DNA from: Candidatus Onthomorpha sp.
GTDB lineage: Bacteria; Bacteroidota; Bacteroidia; Bacteroidales; P3
Direction: 5' to 3'
DNA: 64,000 nt
Assembly (NCBI GenBank): GCA_045645265.1
Contig: JAZRIM010000006.1
Location: 2,000 to 65,999 of the forward strand
In this document: positions 38,371-47,955 of the stretch, piece after piece
How positions within the stretch are numbered: position 1 is the stretch's first letter
Layout: each line of letters begins with the position of its first letter
Notes under the pieces: generated by a model
What the model was told of the DNA's origin: nothing
What the model saw: only the letters and a program-made list of their open reading frames with translations
The model's database searches: none
Program-made: the position numbers and the translations under genes

Positions 38371-40959
38371 ATGAAATTAAAACAAGTAATTTTTTTCTTT
38401 TTGGTGATTGCAAGTGTTAATGTGTTTGCTCAAAAGAGAAGTTTGACAGAAATCGCCGATGAGGCTTTTGAGAACAAGCAATATATTACAGCAGTAGATT
38501 TATACAAAGAAGCTTACACAAAAATAAAAGGCAATAGAGAAGAAAAAAACAGGATAATGTTCCAACAAGCAGAATGTTATCGCTATATGAACGACCAAAA
38601 AATGGCAGTAAAAACCTACCAAAGATTGGTCAAAGCAAAATATTATGATGTTCAGCCTAAGATATTTTTGTATATGGCAGACATTCAAAAATTTAATAGC
38701 GAATGGGATGCTGCAGAATACAACTACAAAGAATATTTAAAACTTGTTCCAGATGATGCTTTGGCTAAAAGAAGGTTACAATCTATTGAATTAGCAAAGA
38801 AATGGATAAACAATCCTACTCGTCACGAAGTTGTGGAATTGAAAAACATCAATACAGAGTGGAATGAGTGGGGACCACGTTTTTCAGCCTCAGAAGACGA
38901 AAATGAAGTTATCTTTACATCTTCACGACCAACTGAAATGAGCGAAGATGTCGATGTTTGGACTGGAGAATATTTTTCAAACATTTACACAAGTGCAAAA
39001 TTAAAAAACAGTGAACTTAGTGAGCCTAATTTAATATCAATAGACCAAATAAACACTGAGGCAAACGAAGGGGAACTTGTGTTTGCGAAAGGCTCTTCTA
39101 CTCAAAATGTTTATTTTTCTCGCTGTCTTGTACAACATAGAGAACAATTGAATTGTGCTATTTATATGACTAAGCCTGTGGAAAAAGATAAAAAAGGCAA
39201 AAAACGCTCACAAATGGACGAGGAACAAGAAGAGCAATCTCCATTTATAATGATTGATCTTGGCGATACTGCTTTTAACTATTTTCACCCAGCAATTTCT
39301 GCTGATGAATTAACTCTTTACTTCTCTTCTAACCGTCCTGGTGGAGAAGGTGGCTACGACTTATGGAAAGCAACAAGAAGTAGCATAGAAGAATCTTTTG
39401 GACGCGTAACAAATCTCGGCAAACTAATCAACACAGAAGGTAATGAACAATTCCCAACTTTACGTTCTGATTCAAGACTTTATTATTCTTCGGATGGATT
39501 GCCAGGATTGGGAGGTATGGACTTATTCTACACTGAATTTGCCAATGAAGAATGGAGTGAACCTCAAAACTTAATGTATCCTATCAATAGCCCTTCTGAC
39601 GAAATTGGTATTATATACAATAAAGTTCCAGTAGAAAATATTGCAGCAGAAGAATCAGGATTTTTCTCCTCTAATAGAGAGGGTGGAACTGGTGGAGACG
39701 ACCTTTATTCTTTTTACAGAGCTCCATTGTTATTCTCTTTGAAAGGAAAAATACGCGATGATAAATCTATGCAACCAATAGATGGAGCAAGAGTACGCTT
39801 AATTGGCGATGACAATTCTTCTTTTGAAACAAGAACTAATAGAAAGGGTGAATACGATTTTACAACAGAACAATTGAAATATAATGTTAATTATAAGATT
39901 CAAGTATCTCAAATAGGTTACTTTAACAACGAGGGAAAAGAATCTACTGTTGGATTAACAACAACTACTGAATTGGTTCACGACTTCAAATTAAAACCAA
40001 TACCAAAAGAACCTATCGTATTGCCAGAAATACGTTATGACTTAGCAAAATGGGAATTAAAAGATCAATATCAAGACTCTCTTTCAGATTTATTAGTAAT
40101 ATTGGTTAATAATCCTACTTACGTTATAGAACTTGCTTCACATACTGACTCTCGTCCTTTCCTTAGAGTAACAAATGACACTTTAAGTCAAAGAAGAGCT
40201 GAATCGGTTGTAGAATTTCTTGTAGCAAGAGGAATAGATAGAGACAGATTGATTCCAAAAGGCTATGGCGATAGAGTACCTCGTACATTAAAAACAAATT
40301 GTGTATCAGAATTTGGTGGAAAGGAATACTCTTTTGCAAAAGGTATAACTCTTACTGATGACTATATCAATAAATTGAGAACTAAAAATGAAAAAGAAGC
40401 TGCTCACCAACTTAATCGTAGAACCGAGTTTAGAATTTTGAGAACTGATTTTGTTCCAAAAGCAGTTTTAGATAGCTTAAAAGATGCCGAATTAAAGGCT
40501 CCAATTGTTGATATGGTATCGGGAACAGTTCCTCCTCCTGATACAGAAATCCCTATCGTTTATACAGATAACCACATAAAAGTTTCAATGATAAATGGTA
40601 GCAAAGCACAAATCTATATCATCTTAAACGGAAAAGCTGTTCCTTGTATTTATGATGAAAAATACAGAGATGCAGCAGTATTAGATTGGGATTTAGCAAT
40701 GAAATTTTTATTGGAGGGTAGAATCACAAAAGATGATTTCAAAGATAGAGATAAAGCTTTTGACGAAGACGGAAATATTTTAGACAATTCTGTACTTACA
40801 TTCAAATCTGCTTACATTGGAAAATACTTTGCAGATAAATATGAAGTAATCGTAAGAAAAGGAATGAAATACGATATGATTGTAAATAGAAATGGACTAA
40901 TAGATTTCGGTACATTTACCTTCTCACGAGCAAGAGGAGAAATAATATTTGAAGAATAA
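38371..40959 (+). CDS. TPR / TolB-like beta-propeller / CarboxypepD_reg / OmpA-domain envelope protein with an extra 168-aa C-terminal domain
   Basis: The start is moved to ATG 38371 (MKLKQVIFFFLVIASVNVFAQ). PD40-type repeats are present (YFSS.R.GG.GG.DL). OmpA motifs LASHTDSR...LSQRRAESV...NRRTEF. Confidence 0.8.
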   Translation: MKLKQVIFFFLVIASVNVFAQKRSLTEIADEAFENKQYITAVDLYKEAYTKIKGNREEKNRIMFQQAECYRYMNDQKMAVKTYQRLVKAKYYDVQPKIFLYMADIQKFNSEWDAAEYNYKEYLKLVPDDALAKRRLQSIELAKKWINNPTRHEVVELKNINTEWNEWGPRFSASEDENEVIFTSSRPTEMSEDVDVWTGEYFSNIYTSAKLKNSELSEPNLISIDQINTEANEGELVFAKGSSTQNVYFSRCLVQHREQLNCAIYMTKPVEKDKKGKKRSQMDEEQEEQSPFIMIDLGDTAFNYFHPAISADELTLYFSSNRPGGEGGYDLWKATRSSIEESFGRVTNLGKLINTEGNEQFPTLRSDSRLYYSSDGLPGLGGMDLFYTEFANEEWSEPQNLMYPINSPSDEIGIIYNKVPVENIAAEESGFFSSNREGGTGGDDLYSFYRAPLLFSLKGKIRDDKSMQPIDGARVRLIGDDNSSFETRTNRKGEYDFTTEQLKYNVNYKIQVSQIGYFNNEGKESTVGLTTTTELVHDFKLKPIPKEPIVLPEIRYDLAKWELKDQYQDSLSDLLVILVNNPTYVIELASHTDSRPFLRVTNDTLSQRRAESVVEFLVARGIDRDRLIPKGYGDRVPRTLKTNCVSEFGGKEYSFAKGITLTDDYINKLRTKNEKEAAHQLNRRTEFRILRTDFVPKAVLDSLKDAELKAPIVDMVSGTVPPPDTEIPIVYTDNHIKVSMINGSKAQIYIILNGKAVPCIYDEKYRDAAVLDWDLAMKFLLEGRITKDDFKDRDKAFDEDGNILDNSVLTFKSAYIGKYFADKYEVIVRKGMKYDMIVNRNGLIDFGTFTFSRARGEIIFEE

Positions 40960-40976
40960 AAGTAAAAAAATTTGGT

Positions 40977-41008
40977 GGATTGCAAAAATAGTATTATTTT
41001 TGCAATCC
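40977..41008 (+). terminator. Perfect 14-bp hairpin (terminator of the OmpA gene) whose right arm carries the tRNA -7 box
   Basis: GGATTGCAAAAATA-GTAT-TATTTTTGCAATCC. TATTTTTG lies at 40995-41002, 18 nt before the tRNA 5' end. Confidence 0.6.
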
Positions 41009-41020
41009 GAAACAACAAGA

Positions 41021-41092
<72 letters not shown>

Positions 41093-41096
41093 CAAA

Positions 41097-41128
41097 GAAA
41101 AAGCGGAAGAGTTTTCTTCCGCTTTTTT
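41097..41128. terminator. Bidirectional terminator shared by the tRNA and the convergent skp-like gene
   Basis: AGCGGAAGA-GTTT-TCTTCCGCT flanked by an A-run and a T-run. Confidence 0.8.
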
Positions 41129-41148
41129 CATTTCACTTTATCAAATTA

Positions 41149-41790
41149 TTACTTCTCTTTTTTATACTCTTCGTATTCTTTATTTAATCCTTTAACAATT
41201 TCATCTGTTATATCCATACCTTCATCAATGTAAAGAACAGGAGAGCCAAGATAAGACTTACTTAATATAATATCAAAGTTTTGATGTTTTTTGTTATAGT
41301 CTTTTATAAACGCATAAATAGCATTTAATAATTTTTCATTTTCAGAGACTTGTTTCTTTTGCAAATCTGTCATCATTTGTGGTTCAAGTTGCGACAATTC
41401 TTGTTGTCTTCTTGTTAGGTCTTGTTCTGTTTGCTTTTGTTGAGTCAAAGTCAATGATGCACCATTCTTTAAATAATTTTCATAATCGGTTTGAAATTTT
41501 CTTGCCTTTGATTCTAATTCATTTTGCAACTTTTTTTGATAATCTTGCAATTCTGCTTCCATATCAAGTGCCATTTGATACTTTGCCATTATAGTATCAG
41601 TATTGATATAAGCAACTTTTAAACCTGAGGAAGAAAGAGTTTTATTTTTTTTCTCCATTTTTGCAACATTTTTTGTTTCTGTTGCTTCTTTGTTTCCATT
41701 AGATAATACCATAATAAAAAGTATTATCGAACAAACGATAGACAATCCACAGCCTATCCATAATGCAATGTTTGAATTCTTTTTTTCCAT
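41149..41790 (-). CDS. OmpH/Skp-family periplasmic chaperone
   Basis: N-terminal anchor followed by long coiled-coil segments. The sequence LKVAYINTDTIMAKYQ...L. is typical of OmpH. Confidence 0.75.
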   Translation of the reverse strand: MEKKNSNIALWIGCGLSIVCSIILFIMVLSNGNKEATETKNVAKMEKKNKTLSSSGLKVAYINTDTIMAKYQMALDMEAELQDYQKKLQNELESKARKFQTDYENYLKNGASLTLTQQKQTEQDLTRRQQELSQLEPQMMTDLQKKQVSENEKLLNAIYAFIKDYNKKHQNFDIILSKSYLGSPVLYIDEGMDITDEIVKGLNKEYEEYKKEK

Positions 41791-41863
41791 ACAATTTCTG
41801 TTTTTATTTGTGGCAAAAGTACAAAAAAAACAGTATTTATTTCAAAAATAAAGTAAATAGTTA

Positions 41864-41871
41864 TATCTTTG
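41864..41871 (+). promoter_or_regulatory. -7 box TATCTTTG
   Basis: 21 nt upstream of ATG 41893. The track's TTG 41869 lies inside it. Confidence 0.55.
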
Positions 41872-41892
41872 CATGTCATAAAAATTTGTATT

Positions 41893-42570
41893 ATGAAGAA
41901 GTTTCTCATATTCGTAGTATTAGTTAGTGTGTTTTATAATCTTTCTGCACAAAGAAGAAGTTTCAGAACGGAAGATGTGTTTAATGATAATGTAGAATTA
42001 TCCGTATCAGGAGGTATTAATGCATTACATTTATGGAGAGACAAACCATTTAATGGATTAAGTAATGAATTGACTCCTATGATACAATTTTCTATTGGTT
42101 ATCATTTTTCTCCAATCTTAGGAACAAGAATAGCAGTTCAAGGAGGGAATACAAAAAGTGTTATGCCCATAACAATAGATCCTTATTACGATACAATTTT
42201 ATCTAATTCTTTGATATATACACACGCAGACCTATTAGTAAATATTACAAATTTTTGGAAAACTAAAGCAAAAAAGAAATACTATGATGCAACCATTATT
42301 TTCGGAGTAGGTTTTACGACTTTAAGACCAGAAGAATCAAAAGATCAATTCTCAGGGCTTGCAATGAATGGAGGTTTAATAAACTCTTTTTACTTGAATA
42401 GAAACCTTTTATTAAACATAGAAGCGAAACTTCTTATAACAAATGACATCTTTCCTTCAGATTATCATCTAAATTACGGAGGCTGGGCAATGAATTACGA
42501 TGTTTCATTAGGATTGAGTTACAAAATTGCAACCGATCAAAGAAACAAACGATACACAGGAAGAAGATAA
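41893..42570 (+). CDS. Outer-membrane beta-barrel protein (hypothetical)
   Basis: The start is moved to MKKFLIFVVLVSVFYNLSAQ. Beta-strand-rich with glycine/aromatic alternation. Confidence 0.55.
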   Translation: MKKFLIFVVLVSVFYNLSAQRRSFRTEDVFNDNVELSVSGGINALHLWRDKPFNGLSNELTPMIQFSIGYHFSPILGTRIAVQGGNTKSVMPITIDPYYDTILSNSLIYTHADLLVNITNFWKTKAKKKYYDATIIFGVGFTTLRPEESKDQFSGLAMNGGLINSFYLNRNLLLNIEAKLLITNDIFPSDYHLNYGGWAMNYDVSLGLSYKIATDQRNKRYTGRR

Positions 42571-42590
42571 TAATTTTAAACATATTTATC

Positions 42591-42687
42591 TTTTTTATTC
42601 TTTGCTTTAAAAAACTATTTCTTTGATTTATTTTTTTATTTCTTAGAAAAAATTATCGCTTACTTTCGTTTCTTTGTTGTATCTTTG
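42591..42687 (+). repeat. Array of 21-bp-phased TTCTTTG-like units running into the der -7 box (TATCTTTG 42680-42687)
   Basis: The C of each CTTT(G/A/C) core falls at 42600, 42621, 42642, 42663 and 42683. Confidence 0.75.
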
Positions 42688-42706
42688 CACAAAATAAGAA
42701 AATACA

Positions 42707-44020
42707 ATGGGTAATATAGTAGCAATCGTAGGTCGTCCTAATGTAGGCAAATCAACTTTATTCAATCGTTTAACAGAAACAAGAGATGCAATCATTCACT
42801 CCGAAGCAGGAGTAACACGAGATCGTCATTACGGAAAATCCAATTGGAATGGAAAGGAATTTTCAGTTATTGACACAGGAGGATATGTTATAGGTAGCGA
42901 AGACGTGTTTGAAGGCGAAATAAGAAAACAAGTAGTCTTAGCAATAGAAGAAGCAGACGCCATAATCTTTATGGTAGATGTAAAAGAAGGCATTACACCT
43001 GATGATGAAGAAGTAGCAGAACTTTTAAGACGTTGCGATAAAAAAGTGTTATTAGTTGCCAATAAAGTAGATAATGCAGCGAGGGCTAATGATCACTATG
43101 AATTTTACTCATTTGGACTTGGAGAAGTCTATACAATATCTGCAATAAACGGCTCTGGAACAGGAGAAATGTTAGATGAACTTGTAAAAGATTTTGCAGA
43201 AGAAGAAACCTTTGTTGATGAAAACGCAGGCATTCCAAAACTTTGCGTTGTAGGACGTCCAAACGTTGGAAAAAGTTCTTTGATTAACACCCTAATCGGA
43301 CAAGAAAGAAACATAGTTCACAACTCAGCAGGAACAACAAGAGATTCCCTTGACACAAGATACAATCTTTTCGGATTCGATTTTGTAATCATCGACACAG
43401 CAGGCGTAAGAAAAAAGAACAAAGAAATGGACGATGTAGAATTTTACTCAGTAATGCGTTCAATTCGTTCAATAGAAAACTCTGACGTTTGTGTATTGAT
43501 GATAGATGCCTCACAAGGATTAGAAAGTCAAGACATAAACCTATTCTCTCTTATCAATCGCAACAACAAAGGAGTAGTAATTGTAGTTAATAAATGGGAT
43601 TTAATAGAGAAAGACAATAAAACAATCCTTGAATTTGAAGAAAAAATTAGAGCAAAAATAGCACCATTTGACGATGTGCCTATTGTATTCACCTCTGTTA
43701 TAAACAAACAAAGAATTTACAAAGTATTAGAAACTGCAAGAAAAGTTTACGAATCACGCTCACGTCAAATCCCTACCTCAGAGCTTAACGAAAGACTTTT
43801 ACCTATTGTAAAAGAACAAAATCCTCCACCAGCATACAAAGGAAAGTATGTAAAAATAAAATATATTATGCAATTGAAAACCGCATACCCTCAATTCGTT
43901 TTCTATTGCAATCTTCCACAATACATAAAAGACCCTTACAAACGCTTTGTTGAAAACAGACTAAGAGAAATGTACGACTTCAACGGCGTACCTATTACAA
44001 TATTCTTCCGTCAAAAATAA
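42707..44020 (+). CDS. der: Ribosome-associated GTPase Der/EngA
   Basis: Two G domains (GRPNVGKST twice) plus a KH-like C-terminus, 437 aa. Confidence 0.95.
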   Translation: MGNIVAIVGRPNVGKSTLFNRLTETRDAIIHSEAGVTRDRHYGKSNWNGKEFSVIDTGGYVIGSEDVFEGEIRKQVVLAIEEADAIIFMVDVKEGITPDDEEVAELLRRCDKKVLLVANKVDNAARANDHYEFYSFGLGEVYTISAINGSGTGEMLDELVKDFAEEETFVDENAGIPKLCVVGRPNVGKSSLINTLIGQERNIVHNSAGTTRDSLDTRYNLFGFDFVIIDTAGVRKKNKEMDDVEFYSVMRSIRSIENSDVCVLMIDASQGLESQDINLFSLINRNNKGVVIVVNKWDLIEKDNKTILEFEEKIRAKIAPFDDVPIVFTSVINKQRIYKVLETARKVYESRSRQIPTSELNERLLPIVKEQNPPPAYKGKYVKIKYIMQLKTAYPQFVFYCNLPQYIKDPYKRFVENRLREMYDFNGVPITIFFRQK

Positions 44021-44027
44021 GCGCAAG

Positions 44028-44396
44028 ATGGAAGTAAGAATTGACAAATGGCTATGGGCTGTAAGGCTCTATAAAACAAGAGCCTTAGCAACCGATGCCT
44101 GTCGATTAGGTAAAGTAACCTGCGAAGGAAACATAGTAAAGCCCTCAAAAATCGTAAAAGAAGGCGATATATATGTTGTAAACATAGACCAACTACACCG
44201 AAAGGTGAAAGTAAAACAACTTCTCAACAATAGAGTTGGAGCAAAACTTGTAGAAAACTTTTTAGAAGACCAAACCGACATTCAAGAGATTGAAAGAATT
44301 CGCATAGCAAGAGAATACGCCTTTGAAAAACGCGACAGAGGAATAGGCCGACCAAGCAAAAAAGACCGAAGACTAATAGATGAATTTAAATCTTAA
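44028..44396 (+). CDS. S4-domain RNA-binding protein, Hsp15/HslR-like
   Basis: RIDKWLWAVRLYKTR...A matches the S4 motif, 122 aa. Confidence 0.7.
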   Translation: MEVRIDKWLWAVRLYKTRALATDACRLGKVTCEGNIVKPSKIVKEGDIYVVNIDQLHRKVKVKQLLNNRVGAKLVENFLEDQTDIQEIERIRIAREYAFEKRDRGIGRPSKKDRRLIDEFKS

Positions 44397-44410
44397 AAAA
44401 ATAAAAAAAC

Positions 44411-44459
44411 AAAACGCTCGTTTGTCAAAATAAAACAAAGACTCACGAGCGTTTTTTTT
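44411..44459. terminator. Bidirectional hairpin terminator, copy B of the 55-bp repeated element
   Basis: Same arms as 19151-19195 (AAAACGCTCGT / ACGAGCGTTTT). The loop differs by one base. Confidence 0.7.
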
Positions 44460-44507
44460 AATTTATGAAATTGAAACTATAATATACCCTAAATAAATTC
44501 CCTATCT

Positions 44508-45572
44508 TTACTCTTTTGCACCAAATAAATATTTTGCCAATATTGGACTTGTTCGTAAAATATTGCTAACAATCAGACAAACAGCAATAACAATGAGTGA
44601 AAGTCCACCTACAATAACTAATTCTAAAACTACGTTGTTACCACTGATAATAGTTCTAATCTGAGGCAAGTAAGGTATGAAAAAATAATGAATAAGATAT
44701 ATGTCCAAAGTTCTTTTGCCGATATATTGCAATGCTTTGCCTACTTTTTTTGTTGATACAAACGAATTTTGATACACCCTAAAAAAGTTATACACTATAA
44801 GCAATCCCATAAAACCTATAAATGTAAAGATAGAATAATACAAAGCAAAAATTACATTACCTCCCAATTTAGGTGATATTTGCTGACATAAACAGAACCC
44901 AATACAAAATAAAGAAATAATTATAAAAGTAAACCACTTGTTTTGAAATACTTTATGAAATCGTTCTTTGTTCATAGAACATATAATACCAAATGAAAAA
45001 TATGGAAAATACTTACCTAATGGAACCAAACTAAATATAGTCCCTAAATTGTTAGGAAATTTTCTCAATATAACACTTGCTCCCAAAAAGATAATCGATA
45101 ATAGTATCAGTGATATCAGTTGACGCTTTTGAAATGTTTTTGAATCGGAATTATAAAGCAAGAGATTCAAGGTATATAAGATAACAAACATCTCAAAAAG
45201 AACAATTGTAAACCAATAACCCAACTTTAGTTCAGCTAACATGAATGTTGTAAAATCGACATGCATATATGCATAAGTGTATATAAGACCAAAGAATAAT
45301 GTAGGTAGTAATTGTATCATTAACTTCTTTTTGCTCATCGTCCACCATGCTTGTTTAGTCCATGCTATATTAGCTTTGTAACTGATAAAACCACTTATGA
45401 AAAAGAATAATGGCATACGAAAAGACATGAACACTTGATTAAGCAAAGAATAAGAATCCTTAAATAGAATTCCCTCAATGTGAGAAAACACCACTAATAT
45501 CATAGTAAATCCACGCAAAGCATCAATGTATTCTATACGCTTTGTGGGTGCTTGTTTGACAATCGTCGTCAT
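44508..45572 (-). CDS. Acyltransferase family 3, cassette B
   Basis: 354 aa, polytopic. Motifs R.EYIDALRGF....V..H and MPLFFFISGF. Confidence 0.8.
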   Translation of the reverse strand: MTTIVKQAPTKRIEYIDALRGFTMILVVFSHIEGILFKDSYSLLNQVFMSFRMPLFFFISGFISYKANIAWTKQAWWTMSKKKLMIQLLPTLFFGLIYTYAYMHVDFTTFMLAELKLGYWFTIVLFEMFVILYTLNLLLYNSDSKTFQKRQLISLILLSIIFLGASVILRKFPNNLGTIFSLVPLGKYFPYFSFGIICSMNKERFHKVFQNKWFTFIIISLFCIGFCLCQQISPKLGGNVIFALYYSIFTFIGFMGLLIVYNFFRVYQNSFVSTKKVGKALQYIGKRTLDIYLIHYFFIPYLPQIRTIISGNNVVLELVIVGGLSLIVIAVCLIVSNILRTSPILAKYLFGAKE

Positions 45573-45680
45573 AATAAAGAATATTTATTTTTACTAATTA
45601 TTACTTTACCCAAGTCCCAAAGGCGATTTACTAATTTGATTTCTTTGATTTATAGGCATAAAAAAACGTGGGACTTTTTT

Positions 45681-45816
45681 CTTATTGATTTCTCAAGGTT
45701 CTGGACTACCTAATCACTCAAACAAGAAAAGCCCACGATATACTCGTGAGCGCTCTCGGCTTATTCTTTGAGTGATTTTAATGAAATTGTCCAGATTTCA
45801 AGAAATCAAATATAAG
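45681..45816. other. 136-nt rod-like imperfect palindrome inside the cassette-B leader (candidate structured RNA or MITE-like insertion)
   Basis: Nested arms of 5, 8, 7, 11, 8 and 5 bp. See the finding at 45573-45917 for the sequences. Confidence 0.6.
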
Positions 45817-45917
45817 CAAAAACGCTATTTTATGTCGTAATAAAATTTTCTAAGTCTAAATTATTCTTCTTTTTCTCTTTTTTATTCTCCTTTTTTTATT
45901 GGTTAATAATTCGCCTA

Positions 45918-46410
45918 CAAAGGTATAACAAAATTTTTAAAGCACAAAAAAACATTAAAGAAACTCTTAATTTCATAATTCAAATTTTATAGATAAAAAT
46001 CTTTATTTTGAGAAAATTTCATTTTGGGATTTTTGTGAAAATTCTTGCGAAAAATTGACGAAAATTGGGATAAATTTTTCGCAGATTTGGAGTTTTTTTA
46101 CGAAAAGCTCGTTTAGAATTTTCTAAATCAGGGATAGAAATTTCTAAATCAAGGATAGAAAAAATTAAATCAAGGTTTTTTTTGAAAAAATCAAAGAAAA
46201 ATTTGAAAAAAACAGCGAAAAATTTGGCAAAATCAAAGACTTTTTTGGCGTTTTTAAGGCTTTAAAAAGTTAAGTCTTTGATTTTGTGGTTTTTAGTTAA
46301 GGGCTTATTTTTTAAAAATTTGCAATCAGAAATCTTAAAGTTGAAAATATCGCAAGCATTTGGGCTTAACTATTGGGGAAAGTTTTTTATTTTCTCTTTT
46401 CATCAAAGGC
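45918..46410 (-). repeat. ~490-bp intergenic repeat, copy B; includes the -7 box TACCTTTG at 45918-45925
   Basis: See copy A. 21-bp unit cores start at 46128, 46149, 46170, 46191, 46212 and 46233. The 14-bp inverted repeat is at 46229-46242 / 46272-46285. Confidence 0.9.
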
Positions 46411-46411
46411 A

Positions 46412-46455
46412 TTAAAAAAATAAAACGGCGATTCTAAATGATAGAACGCCGTTTT
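46412..46455 (-). terminator. Rho-independent terminator of pyrF
   Basis: AAAACGGCG (46422-46430) / CGCCGTTTT (46447-46455), followed on the minus strand by T7. Confidence 0.75.
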
Positions 46456-46456
46456 A

Positions 46457-47281
46457 TTATTTTAGGTAAGAGGCCATTTCTTCTTGCAATTCTTTTGCTT
46501 TTAGGGCTGCTACTTCTGCAAAGTTTTCTGTTGTATCTGCAAAGATTATGCCTCTTGAAGAATTGACTAATAATCCGCAATCTTCGTTAAGTCCATACTT
46601 ACAAACCTCTTGCAAAGAGCCTCCTTGTGCTCCTACTCCTGGCACAAGAAGAAAATGTTTTGGTGCTATTTCTCTTATTCTTGAAAACATTTCTGCCTGA
46701 GTCGCTCCACAAACATACATAAGATTATCTTCTGTTGCCCATTGTTGTGCTTTTACAAGTACGGTTTCAAATAAAGGTGTAGCGTTTTCGTCTTTTGTAA
46801 ATTGGAAATCGTTTGCTCCTTTATTAGATGTTAGAGCTAAAAGTATAACCCATTTTTCTGGATAAACGGTGAATGGTTTTACGCTGTCTTCTCCCATATA
46901 TGGAGCGATTGTCATTGAATCGAATTTAAAATCTCCTTCTTCTGAAAGAAAGGCTTTTGCATATTGTTCTGAGGTATTGCCAATATCGCCACGTTTTGCG
47001 TCTGCTATTGTGAAACATTCGTTTTTAAATTGACGCAAATAATCCATTGTTTTTTTTAAGCTAACTAATCCTTCTATTCCTCTTGATTCGTAGAAAGCAA
47101 GATTTGGTTTGTAGGCTACGGTGTAAGGAAGTGTAGCATCTATTATTGCTTTGTTGAATTCAAAAACAGGATCTTCTTTTGTAAGAAGGTGTTTTGGGAT
47201 TTTGTTTATATCACTATCTAACCCTACGCATAAGAAACTTTTTTTACTTCTTATAAGGTTTACTAATTCTTGTCTTTTCAT
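46457..47281 (-). CDS. pyrF: Orotidine-5'-phosphate decarboxylase (long, type 2)
   Basis: 274 aa. Motifs [17 protein letters not shown] and VPGVGAQG. Confidence 0.85.
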   Translation of the reverse strand: MKRQELVNLIRSKKSFLCVGLDSDINKIPKHLLTKEDPVFEFNKAIIDATLPYTVAYKPNLAFYESRGIEGLVSLKKTMDYLRQFKNECFTIADAKRGDIGNTSEQYAKAFLSEEGDFKFDSMTIAPYMGEDSVKPFTVYPEKWVILLALTSNKGANDFQFTKDENATPLFETVLVKAQQWATEDNLMYVCGATQAEMFSRIREIAPKHFLLVPGVGAQGGSLQEVCKYGLNEDCGLLVNSSRGIIFADTTENFAEVAALKAKELQEEMASYLK

Positions 47282-47287
47282 ATTACT

Positions 47288-47953
47288 TTATATTAAGTTA
47301 AAAAAATGTTGATACAATTCTTGTTGGATTTTATCTATGTCTAAAGGGGTTGAAGAGTTTAATTCTTTTTGTAAAGAGGTTACTCCTTTGTCTGTAAAGC
47401 CGCAAGGGTTAATGTAGTTAAAGTATTGTAAATCGGTATTAACATTTAAAGCAAATCCATGCATGGTTATTCCTCTTGAGGCTTTAACTCCTATCGCACA
47501 AATCTTTCTTGCTTTAGTTGTGTGTGCGTCTATCCAAACTCCTGTTGCTCCTTTTAGTCTTTCGCAGTTTATTGAATAGTCTTTCATCAAGTTAATAACA
47601 CTTTCTTCTACGGTTTCTATGTAGGTTCTAAGCGTTAATCCTAAGGAGTCTAAGTCTAAACTTGGATATCCTACAATTTGTCCCGGTCCATGATAGGTTA
47701 TATCTCCTCCGCGATTGATATGATGAAATGTTGCGTTGATTTTTTGAAGAAATTGCTCGTTTGCTAAAAGATTTGAGGCTTTTCCATGTTTGCCAAGCGT
47801 ATAAACATGGGGGTGTTGGCATACAATAAAGTCTTGTGAAATGTCTTTTTGAGTAAGAAGCTTTTGATTTACTTTTTTGTTGAATATTTCTTCTTGCTCT
47901 TTTAGTGCTTCATCGTATGCTTTCAGCCCCCAATTTATAAAATTCAAGTGCAT
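47288..47953 (-). CDS. lipB: Octanoyltransferase
   Basis: Motifs RGGDITYHGPGQ and KICAIGV. Confidence 0.85.
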   Translation of the reverse strand: MHLNFINWGLKAYDEALKEQEEIFNKKVNQKLLTQKDISQDFIVCQHPHVYTLGKHGKASNLLANEQFLQKINATFHHINRGGDITYHGPGQIVGYPSLDLDSLGLTLRTYIETVEESVINLMKDYSINCERLKGATGVWIDAHTTKARKICAIGVKASRGITMHGFALNVNTDLQYFNYINPCGFTDKGVTSLQKELNSSTPLDIDKIQQELYQHFFNLI

Positions 47954-47955
47954 AT

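Noticed and set aside
46128-46253. A CRISPR-like array, because of regularly spaced short repeats.
   Set aside because: The period is 21 bp in total with no unique spacers, the units are degenerate, and no cas genes are present.
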